Source: Eledone cirrhosa
Taxonomy: Eukaryota
Assembly (NCBI GenBank): GCA_964016885.1
Contig: OZ024765.1
Location: 4,960,001 to 5,024,000, forward strand
Reading direction: 5' to 3'
DNA length: 64,000 bases
The notes below the pieces were generated by a model that saw only the letters and a list, made by a program, of their open reading frames with translations, did not search any database and was not told where the DNA came from. Every line of letters begins with the position of its first letter. The stretch's first letter is position 1. Of this stretch, positions 37,546-50,326 are shown piece after piece. Position numbers and translations under genes: made by a program.

Positions 37546-38749
37546 TTAAAACGACAGAGGCTCTGATTCTGTCTTTAATCTCAGTAACTAATTTAGATCT
37601 AAACACACACAAAATGTAAACACGACGTTCGAAAATGAAAATAAATTTACTTTCATTTTTCAGACCGCTAAAAGTCATGTATGCCATAAAAGAGTTTATA
37701 TTTATCTAAAAGCCTTTCAACCTAATTTAGTGCAAGAACCTTCATTAAGTTATGTTCCGAACCCCAGGTTAATAATGTTAAAGGTTGTTCCCACCGAGGT
37801 TAACTTTGCCTTTCATCCTTACGGGGTCGATAAAATAAAGTACCAGTAATGTACTGAGTATTTGCTGGCCTTGTGCCAAAAGTAGAAACAATTATTTAAT
37901 CCCTCCAAATAATTTGAAAATCATAGACTTTCATTAGAAATATAGTAGGGAAGGGGTTAGTGTTTGTTCTAGACCACCCGTAACCCGTTGGGTCACGTTC
38001 ACTTAAAACTAATTAAAATATACACAGACATCTATATAATGTAAAATGAAATTGGAAGCTCATTCTCACTTAAGAATATTTTTTAAATATGCCCAAAAAT
38101 ATTTTAATCGTATTCACTTGAAAATAATTAAAAAAAAATTTTAAATATTGTCTGTGTAAAGAAAGCTAAAATATAAATACTGTAAATATAAACTTGTATT
38201 TTAGAAATTAAATTCACTTTAAAATATTTCTAAATAATTAAAAAGCAAAAATATAAACACTTACTGTAAAAACAGTTGTATTTTTCAGTCAGATTCACTT
38301 TAAAAGGTTTGTTTTACTAATTAAAATATCGTCTGTTTAATCAACACTGAAATATAGATGCTTAAAGTACAAACAACTTGTATTTTTGAAATCAGATTCA
38401 CTGACAAATCACTGAAAAACATATTTTAATGTATTTTTTAAATCCTATTCACTTAAAAATATTTTTTGAATTATGAAAACTTGTTTTATTCCGTTTGTAT
38501 TGCCATTACGGGGTTATTTTACTATCGGAGTATTTTCCCATTATGCACCGTTTGGGCTATTTATGAAGGTAATAATAATAATTGTTTCTACTTTTGGCAC
38601 AAGGCCAGCAATTACCAGCGCATTACTGGTACTTTATTTTATCGACCCCCGTAAGGATGAAAGGCAAAGTTAACCTCGGAGGAATTTGAAATCAGAACTT
38701 AAAGGAACGTAACTCTATGCTAGAAAGCATGGCATCCGACCCTCTACCG

Positions 38750-39400
38750 ATAATGAAATTATTGTGTAAAGTGCTCAGGTGCACTACAACTCGTCAAAGG
38801 TGTATGTATAGTACATAGAATAATATACAAATGTCAGGGAAGTGAATAGTGTATGAGTCATGATATACATGTGTGTCTGTGTATGGAGGGGGAATATTAC
38901 GTGTAGTGTTGGCGAATCTTAGGAAGCATGTAGGTTTTAAAGGATGCAGTGTCCCGACAGCTAACAACTGATGCAGGTAGTTTGTTCCATGCTTCAGCAA
39001 CTCTGAGCGTGAAAAAATGTTTCCGAAAGTCATGGGAGCAGTGCTGTTGTCTGACTTTGTAGACACATGGAAATCAAAAAGGTACTCAGGGTTGTTGTTG
39101 GCAAGATGGTTAATAATCTTGTGGGTGTTTACCAAGTCGGTTGCCAGGCGTCGGAGCTTCAATGTATCCATGCCCAGGGAAGCAAGGTGCTCAGAGTATG
39201 GTAGATGCCTGATGGAGGGTATTCGCTTGGTTGCACGTCTCTGAACAGTTTCCAGGTGGTGAATGTTCTGAGCAAGAGAGGGGTTCCAGACTGGTGATGC
39301 AAATTAGCCATGTACAGCTTTAAATAGATAGCTGGAGAGCGGCTGACAAAGGTCTTGCTGAGTGATGCTAAGACACCCTCAGCCCTCTTGACAATTTTAG
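38750..39400 (-). mobile_element. CR1-clade LINE 3' fragment
   Basis: ASPVWNP...LETVQRRATKRIP...LPYSEHLASLGMDTLKLRRLATDL...HFFTLRVAEAWNKLP. Confidence 0.85.
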
Positions 39401-39794
39401 GTACCCAGAAAAACCACATATCTCGGGAACCCGGGCTTCGATTTACACAAAATCTGTTTTATTCTATTTGTATTCCTATTTCTGGGTCAACTTCCTTTCA
39501 GAGTATTTTCCCATGATGCGCCCTTTGGCCGTATTACATTACAGACGAGCCATCAAGCACAGAATTTTAGTAATATACTAGACTACCCGTGACCCGTTGG
39601 GTCACGTTCCCTTCAGTATAATTTTTTTTAAATCATGTTCACTTAAAAATAATTTTTAAATAATTAAAATATACAGACATGAAACTTGAAGGCCCATATA
39701 TATACGTGTGTGTATGTATATAATTGTTTCTACTTTTGGGACAAGGCCAGCAATTATCCCAGTGTATTTCTGGTACTTTATTTTATCGACCCCG

Positions 39795-39985
39795 TTAAAA
39801 TAAAGTACCACTAATGCACTGATAAAATAAAGTACCAGTAATGCACTGATAAAATAAAGTACCAGTAATGCACTGATAAAATAAAGTACCAGTAATGCAC
39901 TGATAAAATAAAGTACCAGTAATGCACTGATAAAATAAAGTACCAGTAATGCACTGATAAAATAAAGTACCAGTAATGCACTGGG
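39795..39985 (+). repeat. 27-bp minisatellite, about 7 copies (SINE-core derived)
   Basis: gataaaataaagtaccagtaatgcact. Confidence 0.9.
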
Positions 39986-40437
39986 GTAATTGCTGGCCTT
40001 GTGCCTAAAGTAGAAACAATTATTATTACTCCAGTCTTCAAGGTGCTGGATTGGCAGTACTGGTAGAGGGTTGGACAACATAGTTATGGCCACATTCTGA
40101 GTTCCCCTTCGAGGTTAGCTTTGCCTCTCAACCTTATATGGTACATATAAAGTACCAGTGACGTACTTGGGTCGATTTAATCAACTTTTTCCTCCCCACA
40201 AATTGTTGGCATTGTGCCTAAATCAGAGACCTTTATTACACCTGTCTTTGAGATGGGTGTCATCATCATCATCATCAACATCATCATCGTTTAACGTCCA
40301 TCTTCCACGCTAGCATGGGTTAGATGGTTTTGTTCCATTTGATGCCGGATTGGTCAGGAGACCATGTCTTGCTTGTACAGAAGTGTCTCTGGCCGATTTT
40401 CTTTGGCTGGATGCCCTTCCTCACACCAACCACATTT

Positions 40438-40755
40438 ACAGTGTGGACTGGGAGCCTTTTTACCGTGTCTCCTAAACAACCACCTTACAGTGTGGACTGG
40501 GAGCCTTTTTACCATGTCTCCTAGACAACCACCTTACAGTGTGGACTGGGAGCCTTTTTACCGTGTCTCCTAGACAACCACCTTACAGTGTGGACTGGGA
40601 GCCTTTTTACCGTGTCTCCTAGACAACCACCTTACAGTGTGGACTGGGAGCCTTTTTACCGTGTCTCCTAGACAACCACCTTACAGTGTGGACTGGGAGC
40701 CTTTTTACCATGTCTCCTACATGACCTCCTTACAGTGTGGACTGGGAGCCTTTTT
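40438..40755. repeat. 49-bp minisatellite in an RTE 3' UTR
   Basis: cagtgtggactgggagcctttttaccgtgtctcctagacaaccacctta, about 6 copies. Confidence 0.85.
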
Positions 40756-42286
40756 GTTGTGTCACCGACACAGTGGACAGAAATGGGAGGATGTGGTGTG
40801 GTGTGTATATTGGTTTAAGAGGTGCCTACGGACTGTAGGTTTGTATACAAGGGAAGGGGTGGGTCTTCTGTACAACTGCATGACGCCAAAGATCTCAATC
40901 CAGTGACATTGTCTTAGAGAGGTGTAAGTGAGCAAGGTCAGTTTTTATCACCTCGTCCCAGGTTTTTCTTGGTCTACTCACTTCGTAGCTTCCACCATAG
41001 GGAAAAAAATTGATTTTAAAGATGATATTGATATTTTAAAAATAAATATGACCTTCAAACCCATCCTGAATTACTACTCCAGCACCAGCTACTTGGAAAA
41101 ATATGGTGACTGCGGAGCTTTTTTTTTTTTTTTTTTTTTTTTATTAATTCAAGCCTCTGGTCTTCATAAATATATTCTCCACTCATGATAATTTCAAAAC
41201 CACACCATCTAAACATGCGTTGATTAGCTGCCTTGGGTATTACATGGGATTTGGTTTTTTGCCCATTTCTCAGACATAAAATAGGGGGTCAACTAATATT
41301 TGAGCATATGTGGTATATCATCATCACTGTTTAACATCCATTTTTTCATGCTAGCATGGGTTAGACAAGTTGTCCTGTTGTGAAACAAGTCAGATCAGAT
41401 GACCATGTCTTGCTCATACAGAACTGTCTCTGGTTGATTTCTATGGCTGGATGCTTTTCCTAACACCAACTACATTTACAGTGTGGACTGGGTGCTATTT
41501 ATCGTGCTACTGTGTGTACTGGAGGCTTTTTGTCGTGTCACCAACATGACTACTTTACAGTGTGTACTGGGTGCTTTTTGTCGTGTCACCAACATGATCA
41601 CTTTAGTGTGGATTGGGTGCTTTTTGTCGTGTCACCAACATGACCACTCTACAGTGTGGACTGGGTGCTTTTTGTCACGTTACTTACATGATCACTTTAG
41701 TGTGGATTGGAGGCTTTTTGTTGTGTCACCAACATTACAGTGTGGACTGGGTCCCCTTTGTTGCATCATCAAAACAACCACTTTAGAGGTTGGGCTAGGG
41801 GTTTAGTAATGACAATCCTGATTATTACATGTGTGTGTCACTAATTAACTAAATCATTTCATTACAGATTGGGGAACGGATTTATGAAAACCACACCAAG
41901 CTTCTAAAATATGTTTTTGATACAGATGTTATATAATAAACAACGTATAAAACGAGGACCCATGAAAGGTGACCAACACCTCTGAACAAAGTAAATTAAT
42001 TTCCTTTACTAAATAAATTACTTTTGTTGATTTTTTTTTTTTGTTTCTTTTATATTAATATTATATAAGTGTAGGGCGGTGAATTGGCAGTATCGGTAGA
42101 GGGTCGGACGCCATGCTTTCCAGCATAGTTACGTCCCTTTACGATCCGAGTTCAAATCCTGCCGAGGTTGACTTTGCCTTTCATCCTTACGGGGTCGATA
42201 AAATAAAGTACCAGTAATGCACTGGGTAATTGCTGGCCTTGTGCCTAAAGTAGAAACAATTAATATTATGTAAGTGTATATGTGTT

Positions 42287-42319
<33 letters not shown>

Positions 42320-42637
42320 TTAATGGAAAAATTTGAACAGGGACAAAACAGAGAGGCAGTACAACGAATGTTTATTAATTTCACGCTCTAAATATATATA
42401 TTTATTTATATATAGGAAAATCTGCTTTGTAGAATCGAGACGTATTCGAGGACCGTGCGATTTCAGTCGGGTTCGATCACCACATCGATCGTGCCTCAAG
42501 CTGGTTGCCAGAGAAACGATTGTAATATGTCCAATAAATTCCTTTCGTCGCAACACTGATTCTCTTTTTTCTGTGATATATAATTAGAATAAGAAAATGC
42601 GAGGTAGTTTCAGATGTTAAAGTCCTTTAATGATAAT

Positions 42638-42689
42638 GCTGTGATACATATTTCAATGTGTAACCAGTGCCATGACATCATCAGACAGC
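42638..42689 (-). ncRNA. Minimal type I hammerhead motif
   Basis: Minus strand: gctgt-CTGATGA-tgtcatggcactggttacacatt-GAAA-tatgta-TC^acagc. Perfect 5-bp stem I, weak stem II. Confidence 0.6.
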
Positions 42690-42737
42690 TTCTTACATAA
42701 TATGGTTACATTCTCGAGGCAATCCAAAGTATATAGA

Positions 42738-42775
<38 letters not shown>

Positions 42776-43398
42776 CTAGATGTGTGTATATATATATGTA
42801 TGTAAATGGCAGAATTCTAGAAGGAGGAAAACTCTGATATAACACCTGCAACCCTGATGGTATCCAATGATGTTGACTTGTTCTTCTTTTTGGTAAATAT
42901 CATCTTGGTTAAGAGAGTGGGACTGGCTTTGCGCAGTGCCCTTGCTCACTATAAAAGCTTCACGGCACAGGCATTGCTTTATATCTGGAGATCTCTCTAC
43001 ACTTGTCACATGGTACCATGGGCCCAGCAATATGTGTCAATAATTGTCACAAGTGCAGTGTTTGTACCAGAGTTTTCAAGTCACTGGTTGGACTAAAAAG
43101 TCACACTCGTTCAGCGCATCAGTAGGGGTTCTCCTACATGGATATGAAGTAGTGGCCGTACTCGAAAACGAGTTGGCAGCCACCATGTAAAAGGTAAATA
43201 GAAATAACAACACAATTGGTATAGTATATGGAAGGTGTATATTAGGTTAACACTTGATATAGCAGGAAGAGGGTCTTAACGTGTCGGATAGTAGTCCTTC
43301 ATCAGAAGAAAGAATGAGAAATAAAATAGATTAAGGGGACGGGCGGGTTGGAATTGGAAAAAATGTCTTTAGATAAAAATAATAGGTCCATTAACACA

Positions 43399-43433
<35 letters not shown>

Positions 43434-43882
43434 GTTCTTTTCATAGTATAAAACTTTGGAGGTAATGATCAACACAAGGTAGGGATTTATATTTTATATG
43501 TTCAATATTAATATGACAACCCTGTAAGTTCTGAGTACCCTTCTCAATGCTGGCCTATGTAATCAACTATATATACTGTAGCTACACTAGAATATATCTG
43601 TCCTTCAGAAATCATAACCATTGCTGTTGTGGATTGCCAGAATCAGTCTGTGTCAGATGCCATGTTTTGCAGCATAAAGTTTCACCTCTTTATGTTCTGT
43701 GTTCAAATCCCATCAAGGTTAGCTTTACCTTTCATCCTTACGGGGGTTGATAAAATAAATTACCAGTAATGCACTGGGATCGATTTAATGTACTTAGCCC
43801 TCCCCCAAAATTGCTGGCCTTGTGCCTAAAGTAGAAACAATTATCATTATTCGACTATTTATCATGACCAACTTTGATGTTG

Positions 43883-44273
43883 CTGTGGACCTGTTATTTT
43901 AGGGAATACTGGGCTACAACTAGTAACCTAGGGTAACTCTGTGGACTTGTTATTTTGGGGAATACTAGGCTACAACTAGTAACCTAGGGTAACTCTGTGG
44001 ACCTGTTATTTTAGGGAACACCAAGCCACAACTAGTAACCTAGGGTAACTCTGTGGACCTGTTATTTTAGGGAACACCAAGCCACAACTAGTAACCTAGG
44101 GTAACTCTGTGGACCTGTTATTTTAGGGAACACCAAGCCACAACTAGTAAATTAGGGTAACTCTGTGGACCTGTTATTTTAGGGAACACCAAGCCACAAC
44201 TAGTAACCTAGGGTAACTCTGTGGACCTGTTATTTTAGGGAACACCAAGCCACAACTATTAACCTAGGGTAAC
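43883..44273. repeat. 56-bp minisatellite, about 7 copies
   Basis: ctgtggacctgttattttagggaacaccaagccacaactagtaacctagggtaact. Confidence 0.9.
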
Positions 44274-44319
44274 CCCAACATTTCATATCATTCCTTGTCA
44301 TTTCACTATTGCTGGTAGT

Positions 44320-44520
44320 CCAGAACCTTTCCTAATATTTGGGTTCCCATAAACATGACTTCTGGAGTGGTTCAATCCCTCGTTTAATGTCCACCTTTGA
44401 GAGATAGTTCTCAAGGTTCTGTGTCACCATACCAAGAGCACCAATCACCACTGGGGTGGGGGACAATGGTGCCTGTCTTCACTTCATTACTCCAGCAAGA
44501 TCTCATATTTAGTCATAGCC
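44320..44520 (-). mobile_element. R4/Dong-like non-LTR element C-terminal fragment
   Basis: PVVIGALGMVTQNLENYLSKVDIKRGIEPLQKSCL motif. Confidence 0.6.
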
Positions 44521-44611
44521 CTTTACGTTAACTATACCCTTTATCCTTCTGGGGTCAATAAAATAACGTACCAGTCAAGTATTGGTGTTGAATCAATCGA
44601 CTTTGCTCATT

Positions 44612-45140
44612 GAAATACTGGGGTTGATATAATATAGTACCAGTTAAATACTGGGGTTGATATAATATAGTACCAGTTAAATACTGGGGTTGATATAATA
44701 TAGTACCAGTTAAATACTGGGGTTGATATAATATAGTACCAGTTAAATACTGGGGTTGATATAATATAGTACCAGTTAAATACTGGGGTTGATATAATAT
44801 AGTACCAGTTAAATACTGGGGTTGATATAATATAGTACCAGTTAAATACTGGGGTTGATATAATATAGTACCAGTTAAATACTGGCGTTGATATAATATA
44901 GTACCAGTTAAATACTGGCGTTGATATAATATAGTACCAGTTAAATACTGGGGTTGATATAATATAGTACCAGTTAAATACTGGGGTTGATATAATATAG
45001 TACCAGTTAAATACTGGCGTTGATATAATATAGTACCAGTTAAATACTGGGGTTGATATAATATAGTACCAGTTAAATACTGGGTTTGATAAATCGGTTG
45101 ATTACATAGATTACCAGTTAAATACTGGGGTTGATATAAA
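44612..45140. repeat. 33-bp minisatellite, about 15 copies (SINE-core derived)
   Basis: ttaaatactggggttgatataatatagtaccag. Confidence 0.9.
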
Positions 45141-45235
45141 CGACTTTCCCCTTCCCCAAATTTCTGGCCTGTTGTCAATGTTTAAAATAATTATTACTAA
45201 CCTTGTGAAATTTTTTAAATGTTTTGATATTTTTT

Positions 45236-45934
45236 AAATATTACTATATATACTTGTGTATAAGTCGCACCTTTTCAAATATTACTGTATATACTTGTGT
45301 ATAAGTCGCACCTTTTCAAATATTACTGTATATACTTGTGTATAAGTCACACCTTTTCAAGTATTACTGTCTATACTTGTGTATAACTCACACCTTTTCA
45401 AGTATTACTGTCTATACTTGTGTATAAATCACACCTTTTCAAATATTACTGTATATACTTGTGTATAAGTCACACCTTTTCAAGTATTACTGTCTATACT
45501 TGTGTATAACTCACACCTTTTCAAGTATTACTGTCTATACTTGTGTATAAATCACACCTTTTCAAATATTACTGTATATACTTGTGTATAAGTCACACCT
45601 TTTTAAGTATTACTGTATATACTTGTGTATAAGTCACACCTTTTCAAGTATTACTGTATATACTTGTGTATAAGTCGCACCTTTTCAAGTATTACTATAT
45701 ATACTTGTGTATAAGTCGCACCTTTTCAAGTATTACTGTATATATACTTGTGTATAAGTCACACCTTTTCAAGTATTACTGTATATACTTGTGTATAAGT
45801 CGCACCTTTTCAAGTATTACTGTATATACTTGTGTATAAGTCGCACCTTTTCAAGTATTACTGTATATACTTGTGTATAAGTCGCACCTTTTCAAGTATT
45901 ACTGTATATACTTGTGCATAAGTCACACCTTTTC
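45236..45934. repeat. 41-bp minisatellite, about 17 copies
   Basis: aagtattactgtatatacttgtgtataagtcgcaccttttc. Confidence 0.9.
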
Positions 45935-45959
45935 ATCAAAATCACCATCATCATAGGTA

Positions 45960-48140
45960 AGGAAAAGATAAAGTGAAGAGGGCCACCAATTCCTACATAG
46001 ACGATATCTTGGGTCTGGGGTGTTGGCAGCAGAGGTCTCAAGTCACCTGGTAATGTTCGGGTTAACCACAAAGCTGTCATGGAAGGGGGAGCCACACTTG
46101 GACTCAAGCTGTAAAGAGATGATGGGCACACTGGAATTTTGAAGGGGAAATGCAGTCCCACAACTGGGCATCGACGTGGACCGAGAACTTTTCTAAATGT
46201 GTGAGAAATTGGTGGGCCATTATCCAATTGCAGGGTGGCCCCAAAAAGCATGCAACTGTGTCAAGAGACGAGCAGATAGGGTGAGCTGTGGAAATGGTAT
46301 GATGATGGCCATGATGTGGGAGATTGTGACGAGGGTAAAGGCGGATGACCCAGTAAGAGGAAGCCAGTATGTACCCAAATCGGAATATGGGACCATATGG
46401 TGTGATGCCAGCAGCATAGTGTTAGGGGTTGCTCTGGAAATAGGGAGTTGTTGAGGTCAAGGACACAGCCTGGCTTAGGAAGGAGGAGGACTGGAACCAC
46501 ATTGATGTGGCTGAACTGGACACTGTGCTAAGAGGAGTGAATCTCTCCCTGAGATGGGAGCTGTGCACTTTAGAGATTTGTACTGATTCAGCCACTGTAC
46601 TTGGATGGGTGAGATCAGTGTTTACCAGTGAGAGGAGGGTGCAAACAAGAGGGGCAGCAGAAATGTTAATAAAGTGCTGGGAACTCTGGGAGAGCTGGCT
46701 GCTGAGTTCAGCCTGAAATTAAGTGTGGTCTTTGTACCCTCGGAGAAAAACGGAGTGGACATCCTAACTAGGGTGAAGAAAGCTTGGCTAGAAGCACCAG
46801 AGGATGCAGAAAAGGGGATAGCTGCAGTGTGTCAGCTGAGTGACTCGAAGTTGCATACCATGCATCATATAGGAATGGATGGGAGCCTGTTCCTAGCCAG
46901 GAAAGTCAACTCCAAAGTTACCAGACAGTGTCTAGAAAGTGGTCGGGTGTTGCAACAGATGTCAGTCAATCAACCCCCACCCTGGGTATACATGAGATGG
47001 GTAACATCTCAGTGGAGCACAACTGGAAGTGATTGGCAGGGGACGTTTCTGTCGATGGTCTTTTGTAGACTGAGGGGATGGGAATATGGAGGGAGGTGAA
47101 GATGGGGGACAGCGGAGGAAATCACGTTAGAATTATTGCTGGAGCAGAACCCTGTGGATGTATTGTTGATGGAGCAGAGACCTGTGTATGTATTGTTGAT
47201 GGAGCAGAGCCCTGTGGATGTATTGTTGATGGAGCAGAGCCCTGTGGATGTATTGTTGATGGAGCAGAACCCTGTGGATGTATTGTTGATGGAGCAGAGC
47301 CCTGTGGATGTATTGTTGATGGAGCAGAGCCCTGTGGATGTATTGTTGGTGGAGCAGAGCCCTGTGGATGTATTGTTGGTGGAGCAGAGCCCTGTGGATG
47401 TATTGTTGATGGAGCAGAGCCCTGTGGATGTATTGTTGGTGGAGCAGAGCCCTGTGGATGTATTGTTGATGGAGCAGAGCCCTGTGGATGTATTGTTGAT
47501 GGAGCAGAGCCCTGTGGATGTATTGTTGATGGAGCAGAGCCCTGTGGATGTATTGTTGATGGAGCAGAGCCCTGTGGATGTATTGTTGATGGATAACAGC
47601 CCAGCATTTTGCTCTGAGATGCTGAAGGAGATGCTCGATGATGGGCAGATGTCAGCCGCTTCTTCAGAGCAACATATAGGCTGAATAGAAATGAGATCAT
47701 GGAGAGACACCGTCGTACGATCAAGGCCATGGCAGAGAAGAGACACATTTCACTAATGGAAGCGATGTTCTGGTACAACATGTCTCCTCAGGTGAGACAG
47801 GCCGAGGAGCTGTTGTCACATATACACACAAATGGGGACATTGGTGTATGTTATTGCAACAACCTGTGGAAGAAAGAGAGAGAGAGGGGATGTGTTTGTA
47901 GAAGTGGACAAAGAAATCTGGGTCAAACCCGCAACTGCGTGTTGCACATGGACGGAATGTCACGTCACATCTTGGATGTTTGTAGAGTCATTGATTTGAC
48001 GGACTTCGGAGAAGAGGAGGATGTAAGCGTCGCCCCATATCTGCAGAGATTGCAACGGAAGGCCATTCATCCAAGTGGATAACGGACTTTGATATGGAGT
48101 GGTATGATGGGGTGATTGATCCTTGAGATCAGAGGTGGGG
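45960..48140 (+). mobile_element. Decayed Ty3/Gypsy-like pol (RT-RNase H-integrase order)
   Basis: SYIDDIL at 45991-46011, WCDASSIVLG, AELDTVLRG...ICTDSATV, HTMHHIG, LLMDNSPAF, ERHRRTIK...FWYN; many frameshifts. Confidence 0.8.
47140..47592. repeat. 30-bp minisatellite x15 inside the Gypsy integrase region
   Basis: ggagcagagccctgtggatgtattgttgat. Confidence 0.95.
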
Positions 48141-48401
48141 CAAGGGTGCCAGAAATGCAGGGGAGGTCTTACCAGAAGTGAAGCGCCAATGGGGTGGCAT
48201 CAGAGTTAACAGGCCTTTCATGCTCTCTTTGGTCAGGAAGTGGCACCATGGGGATGTACATGTTTATGAATGCTATGATTGTGTATGAGAGACCCATCAT
48301 ATTGCTTGGCCAGACGTAAAACAGGTGAACATCCTCGCAGGGAGATTCAGGCAAGACTTGGGTGGAGACTCAAGAGTAGGTCCCTTCACTTCTGTATTGA
48401 A

Positions 48402-48610
48402 CCACCACCACCACCATCACTACCACCATCATCACCACCACTATCACCACCATCATGATCACTACCACAACCACTACCACCACCATCGTCACCACCACTG
48501 CCATCGTCACCACTACCACCGCCATCGTCACCACTACCACCGCCATCGTCACCACTACCACCGCCATCACTACTACCACCACCATCATCATCACCATCAC
48601 CATCATCATT
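48402..48610. repeat. (CAC/CAT)n trinucleotide tract
   Basis: Low-complexity tract; the complementary type (GTA/GTG)n lies at 54300-54760. Confidence 0.9.
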
Positions 48611-50290
48611 ATAAGTAAGGTTAGAGGCTTCAACACCTGAACTGAAGATAACTTCTATGACAGATTGTTGTAAAATAAAGAAATAGAGGTGCAACTTGTA
48701 TGTCTGTATATGTAGTAGTTTGTTAAACTAATGTTTTGAAATGAAATAAATTACGTATAAACAACGAAAAGATGACATTTCTAAACAACGAAAAGATGAC
48801 ATTTCTAAACAACGAAAAGATGACATTTATAAATTTAATTTAAATATTTAATTATTCTTTCAGGGGAAAGTCGTTATTTTTAACTAATATATAGAGGTTG
48901 TAGATTTTTTAGTAATTCTAATTGCTGCAAATTATAATAAATATATCCTGTACCACATATAACCGCATTGAAGTAAGGCATAAAACAACACTATGACTGC
49001 ATCACATTAAATATTAAAGTCTTTATTCTAATACTGCAAATTTTCACAATGATCTGTCCTCTAGTAAAGATACTATAAACATTTGAATTAACAAACCGTA
49101 TGAAATCACATTAGCACAGCAGTCTTGAAAAGTACAAAACATATCTATGAGTATATCACATTAAAGAAAGTCTTTACTCTAATACTACAAATTTTCACAA
49201 CAATCTGTCCACCAGTAAAGATATTATAAACATTTAGTATAAAACAACAATATGACTCTTTGTGATGCTAAACTCCACCAGTTGCAGACTGCGCATCAAT
49301 ATGAGGTATTTTTCTCCACAAAGTTTGATCAACAGAGTTTAAAGAGCAGAGATCAAGTCCAGTCCATAAGTTGACATTAGCAAGCCATCGTTTTGGCTGC
49401 CGGCCTCTGCTTCTCTTACCAGCCAACCTTCCGTCCAGGCATAACCTACTCACACCACGAGTTGATCTTTTTATATGGCTGTAGATTGAAACCACATTAG
49501 GAAGATATTCTTGAAAAGTACAAAACAGCACCATGACTGCACCACATTAAATACTGCAAGTTTTCACAATGCTCTCTCCACAAGTATGGTCAACGTGACC
49601 CCAAACCTCATTCTCTTACTGAGTTGGGTGGATCTCATGAAATCAGACCAAGGAAACAATCTTTCTATTTGTCTTTCCATTGCTGATGCTATCTACCAGA
49701 AAGAGCAGTGTGAAATAAAGTGTCATGCTCAAGAATATAACACATCACCCTGTCAGGGAATCAAACTTGCAGCCTCATGATTGTGAATCCAATTTTCTAA
49801 CCACTAAGCCACGGCCTTTCACAGTAAAGATACTATCAAATTTGAAATTTAATTAATTAAAACCCACGCTAGCATGGAAAATAGATGTTAAACGATGATG
49901 ATGATGAGTGCTTAACTATTATGATTAGTAGTAATTTAAAAATACTTAAATCTACAAATTCTGTTGAATCTTAACATTTTTTACCTTATATGGTATTTCT
50001 CATTTTGAAATAAACGCATGTGTGGCCAGGTACATGGTTATTACTGCTATATTCACTTTACAATGCTGGTCTGGATTGGATCTCTCAACCTTTTTGGAGG
50101 GTTCCTTGGCAGGGTTTTCTATGGCTGGATGCTCTTCCTAATGCCAACTACTTTACAGAGTGTACTGGGTGTATGTTATCAGTACACCAACACTAGAGAG
50201 GTTGTCTTGTCCTTCACATCAGGAGAAGCAGTAGCCACAAATTTGTACCAAGAAGTCAGCTAACAATGATGGCTTCTGCTTATACGTGTT

Positions 50291-50326
<36 letters not shown>

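Noticed and set aside
47009-47781. Repeat ORFs open in several frames (GAEPCGCIVD etc.), superficially metallothionein-like
   Set aside because: A 30-bp minisatellite inside a decayed Gypsy integrase; open frames arise from the stop-free unit.
48325-48694. His-rich or Gly/Asp-rich ORFs; also Val-rich ORFs at 54293-54841
   Set aside because: Trinucleotide low-complexity tracts with no splice or homology support.
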